Virus record (IMG/VR): IMGVR_UViG_3300011335_000873
Coordinates: 1 to 50,681 of that record
From: a virus
Taxonomy: Duplodnaviria; Caudoviricetes
DNA length: 50,681 nucleotides
Strand: one strand, 5' to 3'
The notes under the pieces are model-generated. The model worked only from the letters and a program-made list of their open reading frames with translations, made no database searches and was not told the origin of the DNA. Shown here piece after piece: positions 1 to 9,540 of the stretch. The position numbers and the translations under genes are program-made. Position 1 is the first letter of the stretch. Every line of letters begins with the position of its first letter.

Positions 1-1481
1 GTCTGAGAATGAATGCACAATGTCGGGTACATCAATCCCCAAACAAATAGTATTCCATTGAGTACCTGTTTGGGTTTTAAACCTGTTCAGGGTACGGATG
101 AATGAATCACAGACAGAGGAATGCCCCTCGGTGATCATTAGGATGTCAGCACGATCACCAACATCTGCTGTGGATACAGCATGCTGTATAACTGAGTTGA
201 AGCTAGTACCTCCGCCAAGGTGCCAAGTCCCTACAAAGTCAAGCAACTCCTTGTTGTTCTTTCTGCCGGAAGATAATGTTACGGAATCCAAAACCCTGGT
301 GTCAAATAAATGTATCTGAACTTCTCTATTCTCTTTTAGAGCATCCTCTGCAATAACAAAGCTGATTGCTTTGCTCCAGATTTCGTACGCTCCGCTCATT
401 GAACCGGATACATCAACGTACATAACAATGGGACCTTTGCCTAAGTTCTTTTGATGTGCTGTGTAATCTTTAGTCAAAAGAGTCTTTTGGGAATATTTAA
501 GTGCAAATAAAGCACGTCCGTTAGGTGAGCTAGCTAGTGCCAACTCGACCGGATAAGCACGGGTTATATCATCAGAAAATACTGCACCGTTAATAGATTC
601 GTAGCTTGCTTTTACTTTCTTTGCTCGCTTGCGTTCACGCCATACTCTCCTAAGTGCTCCTAGCTGTTTAGCTATAGCTTTTAATTTAGCGTTAGTTGCA
701 AGTTTCTTGGCTAAATCTTTTTTTTCCTGCAAATCAATACCGTGGGATCCTTCGCCTGCAGATATGCCCCACAGATCTGACAGAGCATTTCGTTGCTGTC
801 AGAATCTTTATTTGTTTTGTCTACGATATTGCTGGCTTGTGCTCCAATCTTATCCTTAACCTCAGCCACAGCATCTTCTATCGCTTGGCCTAGTTGCTTT
901 CCCTTCGTACGAGCTTCCTCTGCCGCAGCTTTGTCACCTTTAGCGGTAGCTTCTTGATACTGTTTGCGAAACTCTTCTAGTTGTTCCCCTGCTTGTATAA
1001 GCAGTTCTACATCAAACTGTTGTTGTTCGATAAGCTTCTCTATAACCTCAGACAGTTGATTGAGAATATTTACAGCATTGTTACCTGCGTTAAATTGATT
1101 ACCTACACTCCTTCCCAGGAGCTGGGGCCACGCTGCTGCCGCACTAAGGTCATTCCTTATGGCCCACCACAACGCATGTTCTGGTTTATATCCGCGTGGA
1201 AAACTAACTTGTTCCCCGTTCTGTTTTGCCCGAAAGTAATCTTCGTAATCATCTGGAGATATCAACCATGTCACCATGTCGCCTTGGTAAAGACGCTCAA
1301 AAACTTCCTTGCCAAAGCGACTTAGCTGAACCACGTTGTAATGATCCATCAAATACGTAACGCTAGGTCTTGCGTCTCTGATGAAATCTTCCCACAAGAA
1401 ATCTGTTAGAGCAGAACAAGCAAGAGTTAGTGGTTCGTTCTTGGATAACCGAATGAATTCTGTGTGTTTGGTTAAGTTCAT
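1..1481 (-). pseudogene. ViaA/YieM-like von Willebrand factor A protein, interrupted by a 1-nt frameshift near 800; runs off the window start
   Basis: ORF 1481-711 gives the N-terminal half. The -1 frame is open from 798 to 1 and reads QQRNALSDLWG...GKGPIVMYVDVSGSM...GGGTSF...ADILMITEG, a MIDAS DxSxS motif plus GGT and ITDG-like motifs. It lies downstream of a MoxR ATPase. Confidence 0.85.
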
Positions 1482-1654
1482 GTTTGTTTTTTAGAACGAG
1501 TGATTACTTTATCTAAGTCAATTAGCAAATTGACCAGCTGGTCATAAGCACTTGGCGGTTGAATCTCCTCCGCAGCATCTATAAAGTCTGAGAGTCGCTT
1601 TCGGATTAAAGCGAGGTCTTCGGGTTTGACTGACATGTGATCTTGAAGAGACAT
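1478..1654 (-). CDS. small hypothetical protein, 58 aa (not in ORF track)
   Basis: Reads MSLQDHMSVKPEDL...SKKQT. It fills the gap between the AAA and vWA genes, and its TGA overlaps the next ATG (ATGA). Confidence 0.65.
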   Translation of the reverse strand: MSLQDHMSVKPEDLALIRKRLSDFIDAAEEIQPPSAYDQLVNLLIDLDKVITRSKKQT

Positions 1655-1660
1655 CCCAGC

Positions 1661-2848
1661 TTACTTGGAGAAGTCGCTTATGGCGACTGCAAGTGTGTCC
1701 GTGTAACTCTGTAGCTGTTGGTGCAGCTTCATGCCAACTTGGCGGACGGGTAGTGTCATACGGTAGTTACCACTGTCTAGCATCTCGCTGGTTTTGTCTC
1801 GCAGAACTTGAATATCCCTGTGGAATGCACGATACTGAACAACCAGTTCATTCAGTTCGGAAAGGGCGCGTGACTGAGCTTTATGTGCGTACGCTTGATA
1901 CTGAGTCATAACACCTGATGCAGCTCGTTTTACGTCACTAAACATTTTTTCCGCCGTGGGCACAGCTTGCTCTAGGACTTCTTTAATCACATCTTGATCC
2001 TCTTGTGTTCTGTACACAATATGAATTAAAGAATCGTGCATGTGTTCGGGGTACAGCTCTTCGCTTCCTTGAACTAAAGCCCAAGCACGAAGAAACTTAA
2101 GTATCTGAACACGACGACGATCACTGATTGTGATCCCTCGGGCAGCCAACAAATCCCACAACTCACCGTATTTACCTAAGAACTCCTCAGACACAGGCAG
2201 TGTGGCTGCTTCCTGTTGTAGTTGTTCTAGTTGTTTAAGGGTTATGTGCTTACCTACTGTTGGTCGCTGTGTAATCCCAAGAGCCCACGAATCAAGGATC
2301 CGTTTCGATACTGGTTTTTTAAGAAACTCCACCGTGGGTCTGAACAGAAATCGATCAGCGAATGCTTGTAAAGATTCTTCGTCAGGCCAGGAGTTTGTAG
2401 CAGCGACAATAGATTGAATCGGAGTGTTGATGACCTCTTTGCCATTGTTAAATGTGCGTTCGTTTAACAGAGTAAGAAGCGAGTTGAGGATTGCAGAAGA
2501 CCCCCGGAACAACTCGTCTGTAAATGCAATGTGTGCATTAGGAAGATACCCTACAACATCCCGTGTGTACTCATCGTTAAGCAGCTTAGATACAGCAACC
2601 GGACCGAAGATCTCGGAAGGATCTGTCGTAGGAGTTAAAAGGTAACCAAAGTAGTTAGCGTCGGAAATACCACTGCATATGTTGCGCACCAGGTCGGATT
2701 TACCTGTGCCTGGCTCTCCGAGGAGAAAAGCATTCTGTTTGCTGATCAGCGTAGCTAGCAGCCCATCGATAATAGATGTTCTTTCCAGCGTAGCTTCGTT
2801 AAGAGATGCTCGAAAAGATTGAAGTGCAGTAACAAGTTTGTTGTCCAT
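1661..2848 (-). CDS. MoxR/RavA-family AAA+ ATPase
   Basis: Walker A GEPGTGKS, Walker B IAFTDE, ILNSLLTLLNER, AFADRF and ISDRR motifs; partner vWA gene nearby. Confidence 0.92.
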   Translation of the reverse strand: MDNKLVTALQSFRASLNEATLERTSIIDGLLATLISKQNAFLLGEPGTGKSDLVRNICSGISDANYFGYLLTPTTDPSEIFGPVAVSKLLNDEYTRDVVGYLPNAHIAFTDELFRGSSAILNSLLTLLNERTFNNGKEVINTPIQSIVAATNSWPDEESLQAFADRFLFRPTVEFLKKPVSKRILDSWALGITQRPTVGKHITLKQLEQLQQEAATLPVSEEFLGKYGELWDLLAARGITISDRRRVQILKFLRAWALVQGSEELYPEHMHDSLIHIVYRTQEDQDVIKEVLEQAVPTAEKMFSDVKRAASGVMTQYQAYAHKAQSRALSELNELVVQYRAFHRDIQVLRDKTSEMLDSGNYRMTLPVRQVGMKLHQQLQSYTDTLAVAISDFSK

Positions 2849-2916
2849 GATGTTAATGTAGTTGTTTGAGTACTATAGTAAATTGTGCGGAGGTTCGCAG
2901 TCCGAAAAGCAAAGAC

Positions 2917-3573
2917 TTACAAAATGTAAGTCTTTAATACTTTGTCCAATGGGGTTAAATTAATTTGATTCTCAGGGACAGAATTGTTAAATATTTTATT
3001 ATGTTCTTTGTCGTATAACTGTTTGTATTTATTTGTCAGTTGTTCACGTTCTTCGCAATAGTTTTGTCTTATTTTTTCAATAGCAGACACATATTTATCA
3101 TGAAGATCTTCATTGAACTTTTTAAAGTTGTCAATGCAACCTTCACTTTTGGCTTTCCACTCTGTAGAACGGTTTATATGTTTTGAATACTGAATACCGT
3201 CCTCGTCGTGTCCTATATCTATTGTTAACTCTTCTAAACTTTGTGTCCAACAGTATGAATTAATTTTTGTTATGTTAAACTCCAAAGGAAATTTTTTATA
3301 ATATGTAGTCCATATTATAGACTTATCCTTTGCTGGTTCTTCTAATTCTTTAATTATTTTGTTAACTACAACAGCTATATCTGAATCTTCCGTTCTAGAT
3401 ACTTCATGCACTATGTCACTCTTAAATTGAGCCAAAAAACTTTCCACACGAAATACCCCAACGCTACTATTAGAGCCACATAAATAACGTATTTCTATTG
3501 TTTTAGGTGTTACTAAATTTGGTATGTTAAGCGGAATTGTTTGAAAAATTCGATTGATTTTAGTGCGAGCCAT
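2917..3573 (-). CDS. hypothetical protein (AT-rich, C-terminal coiled coil)
   Basis: 218-aa ORF in operon, overlapping the upstream gene. Confidence 0.65.
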   Translation of the reverse strand: MARTKINRIFQTIPLNIPNLVTPKTIEIRYLCGSNSSVGVFRVESFLAQFKSDIVHEVSRTEDSDIAVVVNKIIKELEEPAKDKSIIWTTYYKKFPLEFNITKINSYCWTQSLEELTIDIGHDEDGIQYSKHINRSTEWKAKSEGCIDNFKKFNEDLHDKYVSAIEKIRQNYCEEREQLTNKYKQLYDKEHNKIFNNSVPENQINLTPLDKVLKTYIL

Positions 3574-3781
3574 AAAATTGTTTTGCAGTTTTGCGTGGGA
3601 ATAAAGTTTTGACGGGAACTACTTTACATTCATGTGTTAATTGATTTAAACATAAAAATAACCGATGAATCGCAGTATCAAAACAAACAAAAGTTACTGC
3701 TTGTTCAATATCGGTTGTGTACTCCTCAATGTCTTTAAGATAACCTGCATCAGACTGTATTGCATATAAAGTTATGGTCAT
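3560..3781 (-). CDS. hypothetical protein
   Basis: 73-aa ORF coupled to the upstream stop (TAATG). Confidence 0.65.
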   Translation of the reverse strand: MTITLYAIQSDAGYLKDIEEYTTDIEQAVTFVCFDTAIHRLFLCLNQLTHECKVVPVKTLFPRKTAKQFYGSH

Positions 3782-4965
3782 TAAAAGTCAACCTCCTTTA
3801 GTTGTTCTTCTTCAACATGTGTAAAGGTACTATCACCATTAAGAGCGTCAAACAACTCACGTCGCTGAGCAATTATCTTGTTAATATGTTTAGAACGTTG
3901 AGTGTAAATATCAAGTTCTATGTTAGCATCGGCTATTACTTTCTCTAATACACTAACTGTCTCCGCAGTTTTTAACTGTTCGCACAAAGTCTTATAGTTA
4001 TTTGACAAAGCTAAAGACTTTTGCAAAGTTTCAAGTCCTTTAGAAGAATCCCGCATAGATACAATTGACTCAAGCTCTAAACGAATATCACTCTGCACTT
4101 GCTGAAACATCTGACAACCCTCTTCGCGCACTGTTCTGTTTATTGCCTGAATAGACTCACCAGCTTTAAGTAATTTTTCAGCCAATGTTGCCAAATTATC
4201 AAAACCTGGCACAGAATCGCTAATCAACTTTAATCTTTGAGCGGTAATCTGCCACGAACCACGTTTCTTGTCTCCACCAGTTTGTTGACGACCGATCTTT
4301 GTCGCAGTCCGCACATCCAAATCATCTAATAATTCAGCACTCATAAACAGTGCTTTATCTGCTGCGTTAGCGTGCGCTGCCTCGATAACTTCCTTAGTGT
4401 TAATAAGATTTTCGTGAGCAATTAAAGATTCAATGTCCCCTTCAATCGGTTCTGTAACAGTTTCAAGTGAAACAGGTAATGGACCAACAACGTGAACCCT
4501 GATGGGGTTTCGATATTCTTGCCGCGTGGGAAACACCTTTAAATAAGCTTCGCGGGCCAGAGAATATTCTGTCTCATCAGAAAACAATGGGTGCAAGAAA
4601 CCTTCGACTGTTTCACACCATTTGCTGTGCTCTTCCTCCCAGAGTTCAAATAGTTTTGCGTTAGAAACTGTAGCCTGGGCACGAATAAACTTAATGAGGT
4701 TGTTGGCTTCCTCAAAATAATTTGAAGTTACAAAATGATTGTCGCCAAAGTGCAAACAATAACTGTCGTATAGTTCCCGTTGCATGACACGCAACGCATC
4801 AAGTTCAGCCTTAAGAGCATTAGACAGGTTTGGACGCAAAGAAACAGTGTTGTTCTTCTCCAAAGTGTCTACAACTGATGCAGGCAATTTAAGATCGTTA
4901 AATTTGACCTGGATTGATTGCCTAACGTTGGCAGAGATAGAACAAGAAAGCAAATAAGAATTCAT
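3781..4965 (-). CDS. DUF3150-like helical protein
   Basis: 394 aa. Size, helical pattern and position next to AAA/vWA genes match the DUF3150-AAA-vWA modules of mobile elements. Family call from recall. Confidence 0.55.
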   Translation of the reverse strand: MNSYLLSCSISANVRQSIQVKFNDLKLPASVVDTLEKNNTVSLRPNLSNALKAELDALRVMQRELYDSYCLHFGDNHFVTSNYFEEANNLIKFIRAQATVSNAKLFELWEEEHSKWCETVEGFLHPLFSDETEYSLAREAYLKVFPTRQEYRNPIRVHVVGPLPVSLETVTEPIEGDIESLIAHENLINTKEVIEAAHANAADKALFMSAELLDDLDVRTATKIGRQQTGGDKKRGSWQITAQRLKLISDSVPGFDNLATLAEKLLKAGESIQAINRTVREEGCQMFQQVQSDIRLELESIVSMRDSSKGLETLQKSLALSNNYKTLCEQLKTAETVSVLEKVIADANIELDIYTQRSKHINKIIAQRRELFDALNGDSTFTHVEEEQLKEVDF

Positions 4966-5190
4966 GGTTAGTTAAATGAATTGAACTAGTTAACAAAGAG
5001 AAATGGTCGCCCTACGTAAGACGACCACTGGATCCCACGGAAGTGTATCACAGTCAGCACCCTGGACCATACATCACCGGGTTTCTACAGATTTGGGCTT
5101 CTTGATGCATCTGGGGCTTGTGCTTCAAACCCGCAGATGTTGCTATAAGGAGAAGTCCAGTCAAGATCAAGAAAAAAGGATACGGGCTTG

Positions 5191-5616
5191 TCATTTTAAA
5201 CGGGTGAAAGCAAGGGAAATTTTATCAGTAACCATATCTACGTTACCGGTTATTGCTAGTTGTTCGACAAGCTTCTTGCGCTCGACCTTAGCAACTTTAA
5301 GTTGCTGCTCAAGCTTAAAGATCTTTTCGTCAATCTTATCGATCTTGTTGTGCGCCGTGGGGATACGGGTGACCCGTACAATTATGTTCGTTTCAACCTC
5401 AGGAAACTTAAAAGCAGAATCCTTGCCGCTGAACACAGACAGATCAAAGTTGTGTGCGCTAGCCACGGTAATGTCAGTCTGTAGCTTGTCTTTGGTGATC
5501 TCAAACGGAGCACCAAAAGCTTCGTTACAGGCTGTTAGAGCATTGTCGCACTCATTCCAAGCCGTAGCTGCTGCCCGACCTTCCTGAACTAGACGCTGAA
5601 AGTTGATTGTTGCCAT
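5191..5616 (-). CDS. hypothetical protein with coiled coil
   Basis: 141-aa ORF with AC-rich leader (ATCACATG). Confidence 0.75.
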   Translation of the reverse strand: MATINFQRLVQEGRAAATAWNECDNALTACNEAFGAPFEITKDKLQTDITVASAHNFDLSVFSGKDSAFKFPEVETNIIVRVTRIPTAHNKIDKIDEKIFKLEQQLKVAKVERKKLVEQLAITGNVDMVTDKISLAFTRLK

Positions 5617-5660
5617 GTGATTTGATGTTGAAGGGAACAGATGCCTCCACGGGAGGCAAA

Positions 5661-5723
5661 GACAATGAGGGGAATCGAACCCCTACCCCTAAAGCCAATG
5701 GCTTAGGAGCCCCAAGCATTGCC
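5661..5723 (-). ncRNA. tRNA-like structure lacking a D-arm and anticodon loop
   Basis: 7-bp acceptor-like stem GGCAATG/CATTGTC, perfect T-arm AGGGG-TTCGATT-CCCCT, single central hairpin CCTAAGCC-ATT-GGCTTTAGG. Confidence 0.65.
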
Positions 5724-5724
5724 G

Positions 5725-5859
5725 CTAAAGGTGCAGCAGAGTTAGACCGCATAACAGCAGAAACAGACTGAGCACAAGACTAGAGGTGAACAGAGCGTAC
5801 CAACCGAGAATATAGTACGTTAAACCAAGAGCCCTAGTTATCTTTACAGAAATATACAT
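5725..5859 (-). CDS. small membrane protein, 44 aa (not in ORF track)
   Basis: MYISVKITRALGLTYYILGWYALFTSSLVLSLFLLLCGLTLLHL; fits exactly between its neighbours. Confidence 0.55.
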   Translation of the reverse strand: MYISVKITRALGLTYYILGWYALFTSSLVLSLFLLLCGLTLLHL

Positions 5860-5865
5860 GGGGCC

Positions 5866-6093
5866 TCAGCGAGCAGGGTAGACAGTTACAGATTCGGGCA
5901 ACAGGTTGAAGTCCATTAACGCTTTGTGTTTGGCTTGTTCAGCCGTTGTAGCAGGTATTCGACACTTAAAGCGCCAAGAACCTTTATCTTTGGCAAATAC
6001 ATCAAACTGAGTCGTAGTCTGGGTTTGTTGTTCTTGAGGCACGGAAATCCGAGGGATCACTGGATAATCATAGCGCAAAGGAGAAAGGCACAC
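5866..6093 (-). CDS. hypothetical protein
   Basis: 75-aa ORF in operon orientation; start uncertain. Confidence 0.55.
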   Translation of the reverse strand: MCLSPLRYDYPVIPRISVPQEQQTQTTTQFDVFAKDKGSWRFKCRIPATTAEQAKHKALMDFNLLPESVTVYPAR

Positions 6094-6135
6094 AACGCAC
6101 AGAAGGAGAGGGTTTCCTGGTCGTACTATAGTTTT

Positions 6136-6335
6136 AAACCTCTTTTTCTACTAATAAATCCTAGTCCGATTTGCGGATCTTTAGAAAACTATACATGTTT
6201 TAGACCCTAAAGTGTATTTAATTGCATTTAAAGTCGCCGCGTGGCACACCTTACGACTGTGTTAATAGTAATACTAATTTAATTTTTTGTATAAGTTAAA
6301 TAACCCAATTTGTACGCAATTTGCGACTCAATTTG
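6136..6335. repeat. non-coding AT-rich element, copy A
   Basis: 6262-6335 aligns without gaps to 46327-46400 (57/74 identical by hand); 6136-6176 resembles 46235-46279. Confidence 0.75.
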
Positions 6336-6422
6336 ACGTTAACGATACTTTTTAAAAACTAACGCGCCACCGCGTGGGTCCACGGAGTAAGAAGTACCAA
6401 TGTTTGAATTTTATAAAGCTGA

Positions 6423-6644
6423 TCATTGATTTAGGTTTAGGTCACTAGGACCGTGAAGAAGTTTTGTAGAGATGCAATATTTAACTTTACCAGTCACACC
6501 GGAAACGGTGATTACTTGGTTTAGCGTTGTGTCGCAGTTTTTGGACACGTGAATGTTGATCAAATTTTGAAGAATCAGTGTTAATCCAAAACCAAGTAAA
6601 GTACCGCAAACAATGGCGGCACTAGCTGAAGTAGGGTGATTCAT
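6423..6644 (-). CDS. small membrane protein
   Basis: Likely start MNHPTSAS; one transmembrane segment and a Cys pair. Confidence 0.6.
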   Translation of the reverse strand: MNHPTSASAAIVCGTLLGFGLTLILQNLINIHVSKNCDTTLNQVITVSGVTGKVKYCISTKLLHGPSDLNLNQ

Positions 6645-6672
6645 TTGCAAAAAGTGTAGGGATTTGTAATTG

Positions 6673-7011
6673 TTAGTTCTTAGCTTGTTGTAAGCAAGTA
6701 CTATCATCTTCTATTAAACGCAAAATACTATAAACGTCGTTACAATTTGGGTCAAACGAAGCATAATTACGTATTTGACTGACTCGATTTGTGTGATGGT
6801 GGCAAATGTCTAACTTAATTTTCTCAGCTTTAGCGCACGACACAAACAACGGGAAGTCATCATCTTCCTCTAGATAAATAGTCTTACCTCGTTGATAACT
6901 GAAATTGCTTATATCTGCAAAATGAATCTTCATAATTTCTATAGCTTTGTGTCGTTTAATTGCGGCCCAGCTGTGGCCGGGATCCGCATAAACGTTGACT
7001 GTGAGTTTCAT
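6673..7011 (-). CDS. hypothetical phage protein (DPGHxW motif)
   Basis: YADPGHSW...YLEEDDD pattern common in phage/plasmid early proteins; CTAACCATG leader. Confidence 0.8.
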   Translation of the reverse strand: MKLTVNVYADPGHSWAAIKRHKAIEIMKIHFADISNFSYQRGKTIYLEEDDDFPLFVSCAKAEKIKLDICHHHTNRVSQIRNYASFDPNCNDVYSILRLIEDDSTCLQQAKN

Positions 7012-7041
7012 GGTTAGAATTCAGATACTTGGGTTGATGTT

Positions 7042-7281
7042 GTGAAGGCTGACGATTTACTTAATGGAGTAATATCAGCCATGCTGGCTGGGCAAGGTGA
7101 CTCTTTTTCGTCACCCGTATTAAATAATAAATCTTATCCTAATTTTGATTCTGGCTCGTATTCTGATGTTGACGCTTCCTTAAACTTCCTTGGGCAACAT
7201 TTACCCGATCAAACAATTAAGTTATTAAAGAAGTTATCTGATGAGGGTAAAGACCCTTGGAAAGGTTGGATTGTTAATTAA
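7042..7281 (+). CDS. hypothetical protein, opposite to the operon
   Basis: Fills a gap with no minus-strand ORF in the track; TAGAAT -10 at 7015-7020; GTG start. Confidence 0.45.
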   Translation: MKADDLLNGVISAMLAGQGDSFSSPVLNNKSYPNFDSGSYSDVDASLNFLGQHLPDQTIKLLKKLSDEGKDPWKGWIVN

Positions 7282-7462
7282 CTGGTAAAGTTGTGCAGCT
7301 TAATACTGCACCGTCGCAACTTAAAGCTAATCCATCTGCAAACCCAGCAGCATACCTTTCTAAATCTTTAGTTGTAGGGAAATGTCGAACAATTGTTTTA
7401 CTAAATTGTTCGCCATCGTTTGACTCAAAGTCCACGGTTACTACGTACTTAGTTAAAGTCAT
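7274..7462 (-). CDS. hypothetical protein
   Basis: Small ORF in operon. Confidence 0.6.
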   Translation of the reverse strand: MTLTKYVVTVDFESNDGEQFSKTIVRHFPTTKDLERYAAGFADGLALSCDGAVLSCTTLPVN

Positions 7463-7811
7463 CAAATTGCTCCATGTTGATCAGGAAGGACTTGTCTAGT
7501 TTGTTGAGTTGGATCCAACTGTTACATAAAGTGGCGTTAAATTTGTAGTAGGTTGGTAAATCAAACCCTCTTAAAGTTGCGACTTTGGTTATGTCACATA
7601 GGGTTGGGCGATCTTCATAAACTGAACATTTGTTATCTACAAGTTTTTCACACACACCCGCGTGGGTTACATACGGAAACTCATCGATCAGTTGTTTAGT
7701 TAAGGGGTCTTCTACTTTGTCCTTATTGTCTAGTATGTCTCCGACCATAGTGCAACATAAGCCGCACGATGTGCAAGGAAACTTAATACTTGAGTCTTGA
7801 TTTGTAGACAT
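7449..7811 (-). CDS. YkgJ-family CxxCxxCC cysteine-cluster protein
   Basis: FPCTSCGLCC ... CSVYEDRPTLC. Confidence 0.85.
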   Translation of the reverse strand: MSTNQDSSIKFPCTSCGLCCTMVGDILDNKDKVEDPLTKQLIDEFPYVTHAGVCEKLVDNKCSVYEDRPTLCDITKVATLRGFDLPTYYKFNATLCNSWIQLNKLDKSFLINMEQFDDFN

Positions 7812-8579
7812 TTAAATTACTGCGAGTGATGGTTGCTTAGTCTTGTAAGAGTAGCCAGCATGTTTGCCAGCTTTGCGACGTGCTCTAATAGCGGCCCCGG
7901 CAATACTATTAGCTGGCTGTGTTCCATGTACTAGGAGAGCGAATGACTTTGAACCAAAGCAGTGGCTATCGTCATGATCAACCTCTAAGTTACGTTCCGC
8001 AGCTTCATCTTCAGTGTTTACAACATAAGCCACCCGTGGGAATAGACTTTCAAGATGTTCATCCCAGCCACCGTGCGAAGCTGTTACAAAGAAGTTATCA
8101 GGCAATTGCATCAGGCTGTTGTCAAAGACAAACAGCTTTAACGACTTTGTGTAAGCGTAAAACTTTATAGTTGGGTAGTGTTCGATTACGTTAAGCCACA
8201 TTTGTAAGTATGCGACGCTGAAGAAGTCACCGCTAGGGTGGATTCTAAACTTATCGATTGACTTAGTTAACTTATTGTCGATGCTTGCCTTTAGTAAATC
8301 GCATGCACTATGTACAGTACCAGATTGGAATGCGTCTGTTATTGTGTATAAATTGTGCATCCTAGACTTTTGTACGTTAGGGTACTGCACTTCATTTGAA
8401 GCGGCAAAACATCTAAAGACAGTGTGTTCGCCGTCTTGAATCTTGCCGCTCGGACCAACCCAAGCCTTGCAATCTTTAGCCCCTGGACAAGTCTTACCCG
8501 CAGGTAGGGAAAATGTCAGCGTGGACTTGCTAAGTTTGGCGTTGCCAACTCCAATAGACAATAGATTTGAGTTAGTCAT
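7812..8579 (-). CDS. GP88-like phage protein (Cys cluster, radical-SAM-like)
   Basis: GNAKL, FSLPAGKTCPGAKDC, CFA, FRIHPSGDFFS and YAYTK motifs. Confidence 0.8.
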   Translation of the reverse strand: MTNSNLLSIGVGNAKLSKSTLTFSLPAGKTCPGAKDCKAWVGPSGKIQDGEHTVFRCFAASNEVQYPNVQKSRMHNLYTITDAFQSGTVHSACDLLKASIDNKLTKSIDKFRIHPSGDFFSVAYLQMWLNVIEHYPTIKFYAYTKSLKLFVFDNSLMQLPDNFFVTASHGGWDEHLESLFPRVAYVVNTEDEAAERNLEVDHDDSHCFGSKSFALLVHGTQPANSIAGAAIRARRKAGKHAGYSYKTKQPSLAVI

Positions 8580-8586
8580 TGTGTGT

Positions 8587-8814
8587 TTAGTTTGATGTTA
8601 ACTTTGAGAAAGGATTTACAGGCTTAACCATAATGTCCACAAGTGGAACCCTAGCTAGTGTTTCAACTAGCTCAGGTACTTCATCTGAGTTGTCAGCTTC
8701 TATTAGTAATCCTCTGAATTCGTTGTTAAGTTCCATCTCTAAATTGTGTGCTTGTTGTGCTGTTCGATCTTCATCTGAAGCGTCAAACGCAACAGAAATA
8801 ATCTCAAAGAACAT
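8587..8814 (-). CDS. hypothetical acidic protein
   Basis: 75-aa ORF with AC-rich leader. Confidence 0.65.
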   Translation of the reverse strand: MFFEIISVAFDASDEDRTAQQAHNLEMELNNEFRGLLIEADNSDEVPELVETLARVPLVDIMVKPVNPFSKLTSN

Positions 8815-8874
8815 GGCGATTGTGTTAGTGAGTGAGTGCTAGAGTAGTGTGTGATTTGGCCCCGCGGAGCGGAG

Positions 8875-9024
8875 TTAAACAACAGTTACCTGCTGCAATT
8901 TAGTTTCTAAATGTTCAATTTGTAACAGCAAAGATTCATACTCCAATGTGTTAGTTGTGTTGATAAGTTGTTTGTCCAACTCATCAATATCCTCAATAAG
9001 TTGGCGCCATTCAGTGTTGATCAT
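8875..9024 (-). CDS. small coiled-coil protein
   Basis: Likely start MINTEW. Confidence 0.5.
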   Translation of the reverse strand: MINTEWRQLIEDIDELDKQLINTTNTLEYESLLLQIEHLETKLQQVTVV

Positions 9025-9049
9025 GAGTTTAATTCCTCCATTATGATAG

Positions 9050-9370
9050 TTAGTTTGTAATAGTTTCGGTAGTAATTGATTCAAGTTCTCCGGGAGTCAT
9101 AGATGCCCAGCGTTTGAATTCTGTGGGTGACACATTGATTCGCACACTATGTAACCTGGACCATTGGGCAAACTCCTTATTAAATGAGTCTAAGTCTCCC
9201 CAAGTAACGCCAGCGTGGATAACAGCTAAGACATGACCATAGTCATCTAGCGGTAGTATTAATTGACGACTGTTACCATTGCTAGTGTTTGATGTAACTA
9301 TATGCAAGATGTTATGCACATAGCTACTGCTACCATCAGTAAAACGAATCAAGAATTTAACGTTGGCCAT
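9050..9370 (-). CDS. hypothetical protein
   Basis: Likely start MANVKF after an ATCACCATG leader. Confidence 0.65.
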   Translation of the reverse strand: MANVKFLIRFTDGSSSYVHNILHIVTSNTSNGNSRQLILPLDDYGHVLAVIHAGVTWGDLDSFNKEFAQWSRLHSVRINVSPTEFKRWASMTPGELESITTETITN

Positions 9371-9540
9371 GGTGATTGTGTCTGTAGATGTTGATTGTCC
9401 GCGTGGTAAGTATGCGCGGCCCACTATAAATAATTGATTAGTAATACTTTCTGCCAAGTTCAATCTTATCCCATTTAGAGTTTGGGATAAGATTGAACTG
9501 GGCAAGTAGTGCTCCCATAGTTGATATGGGGACTCAACAA

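Noticed and set aside
717-725. Programmed -1 frameshift as the main explanation of the vWA break
   Set aside because: The -1 frame already looks like the true protein from 798 (LSDLWG...GEG), so the lesion is upstream of the slippery run. Kept only as a secondary possibility.
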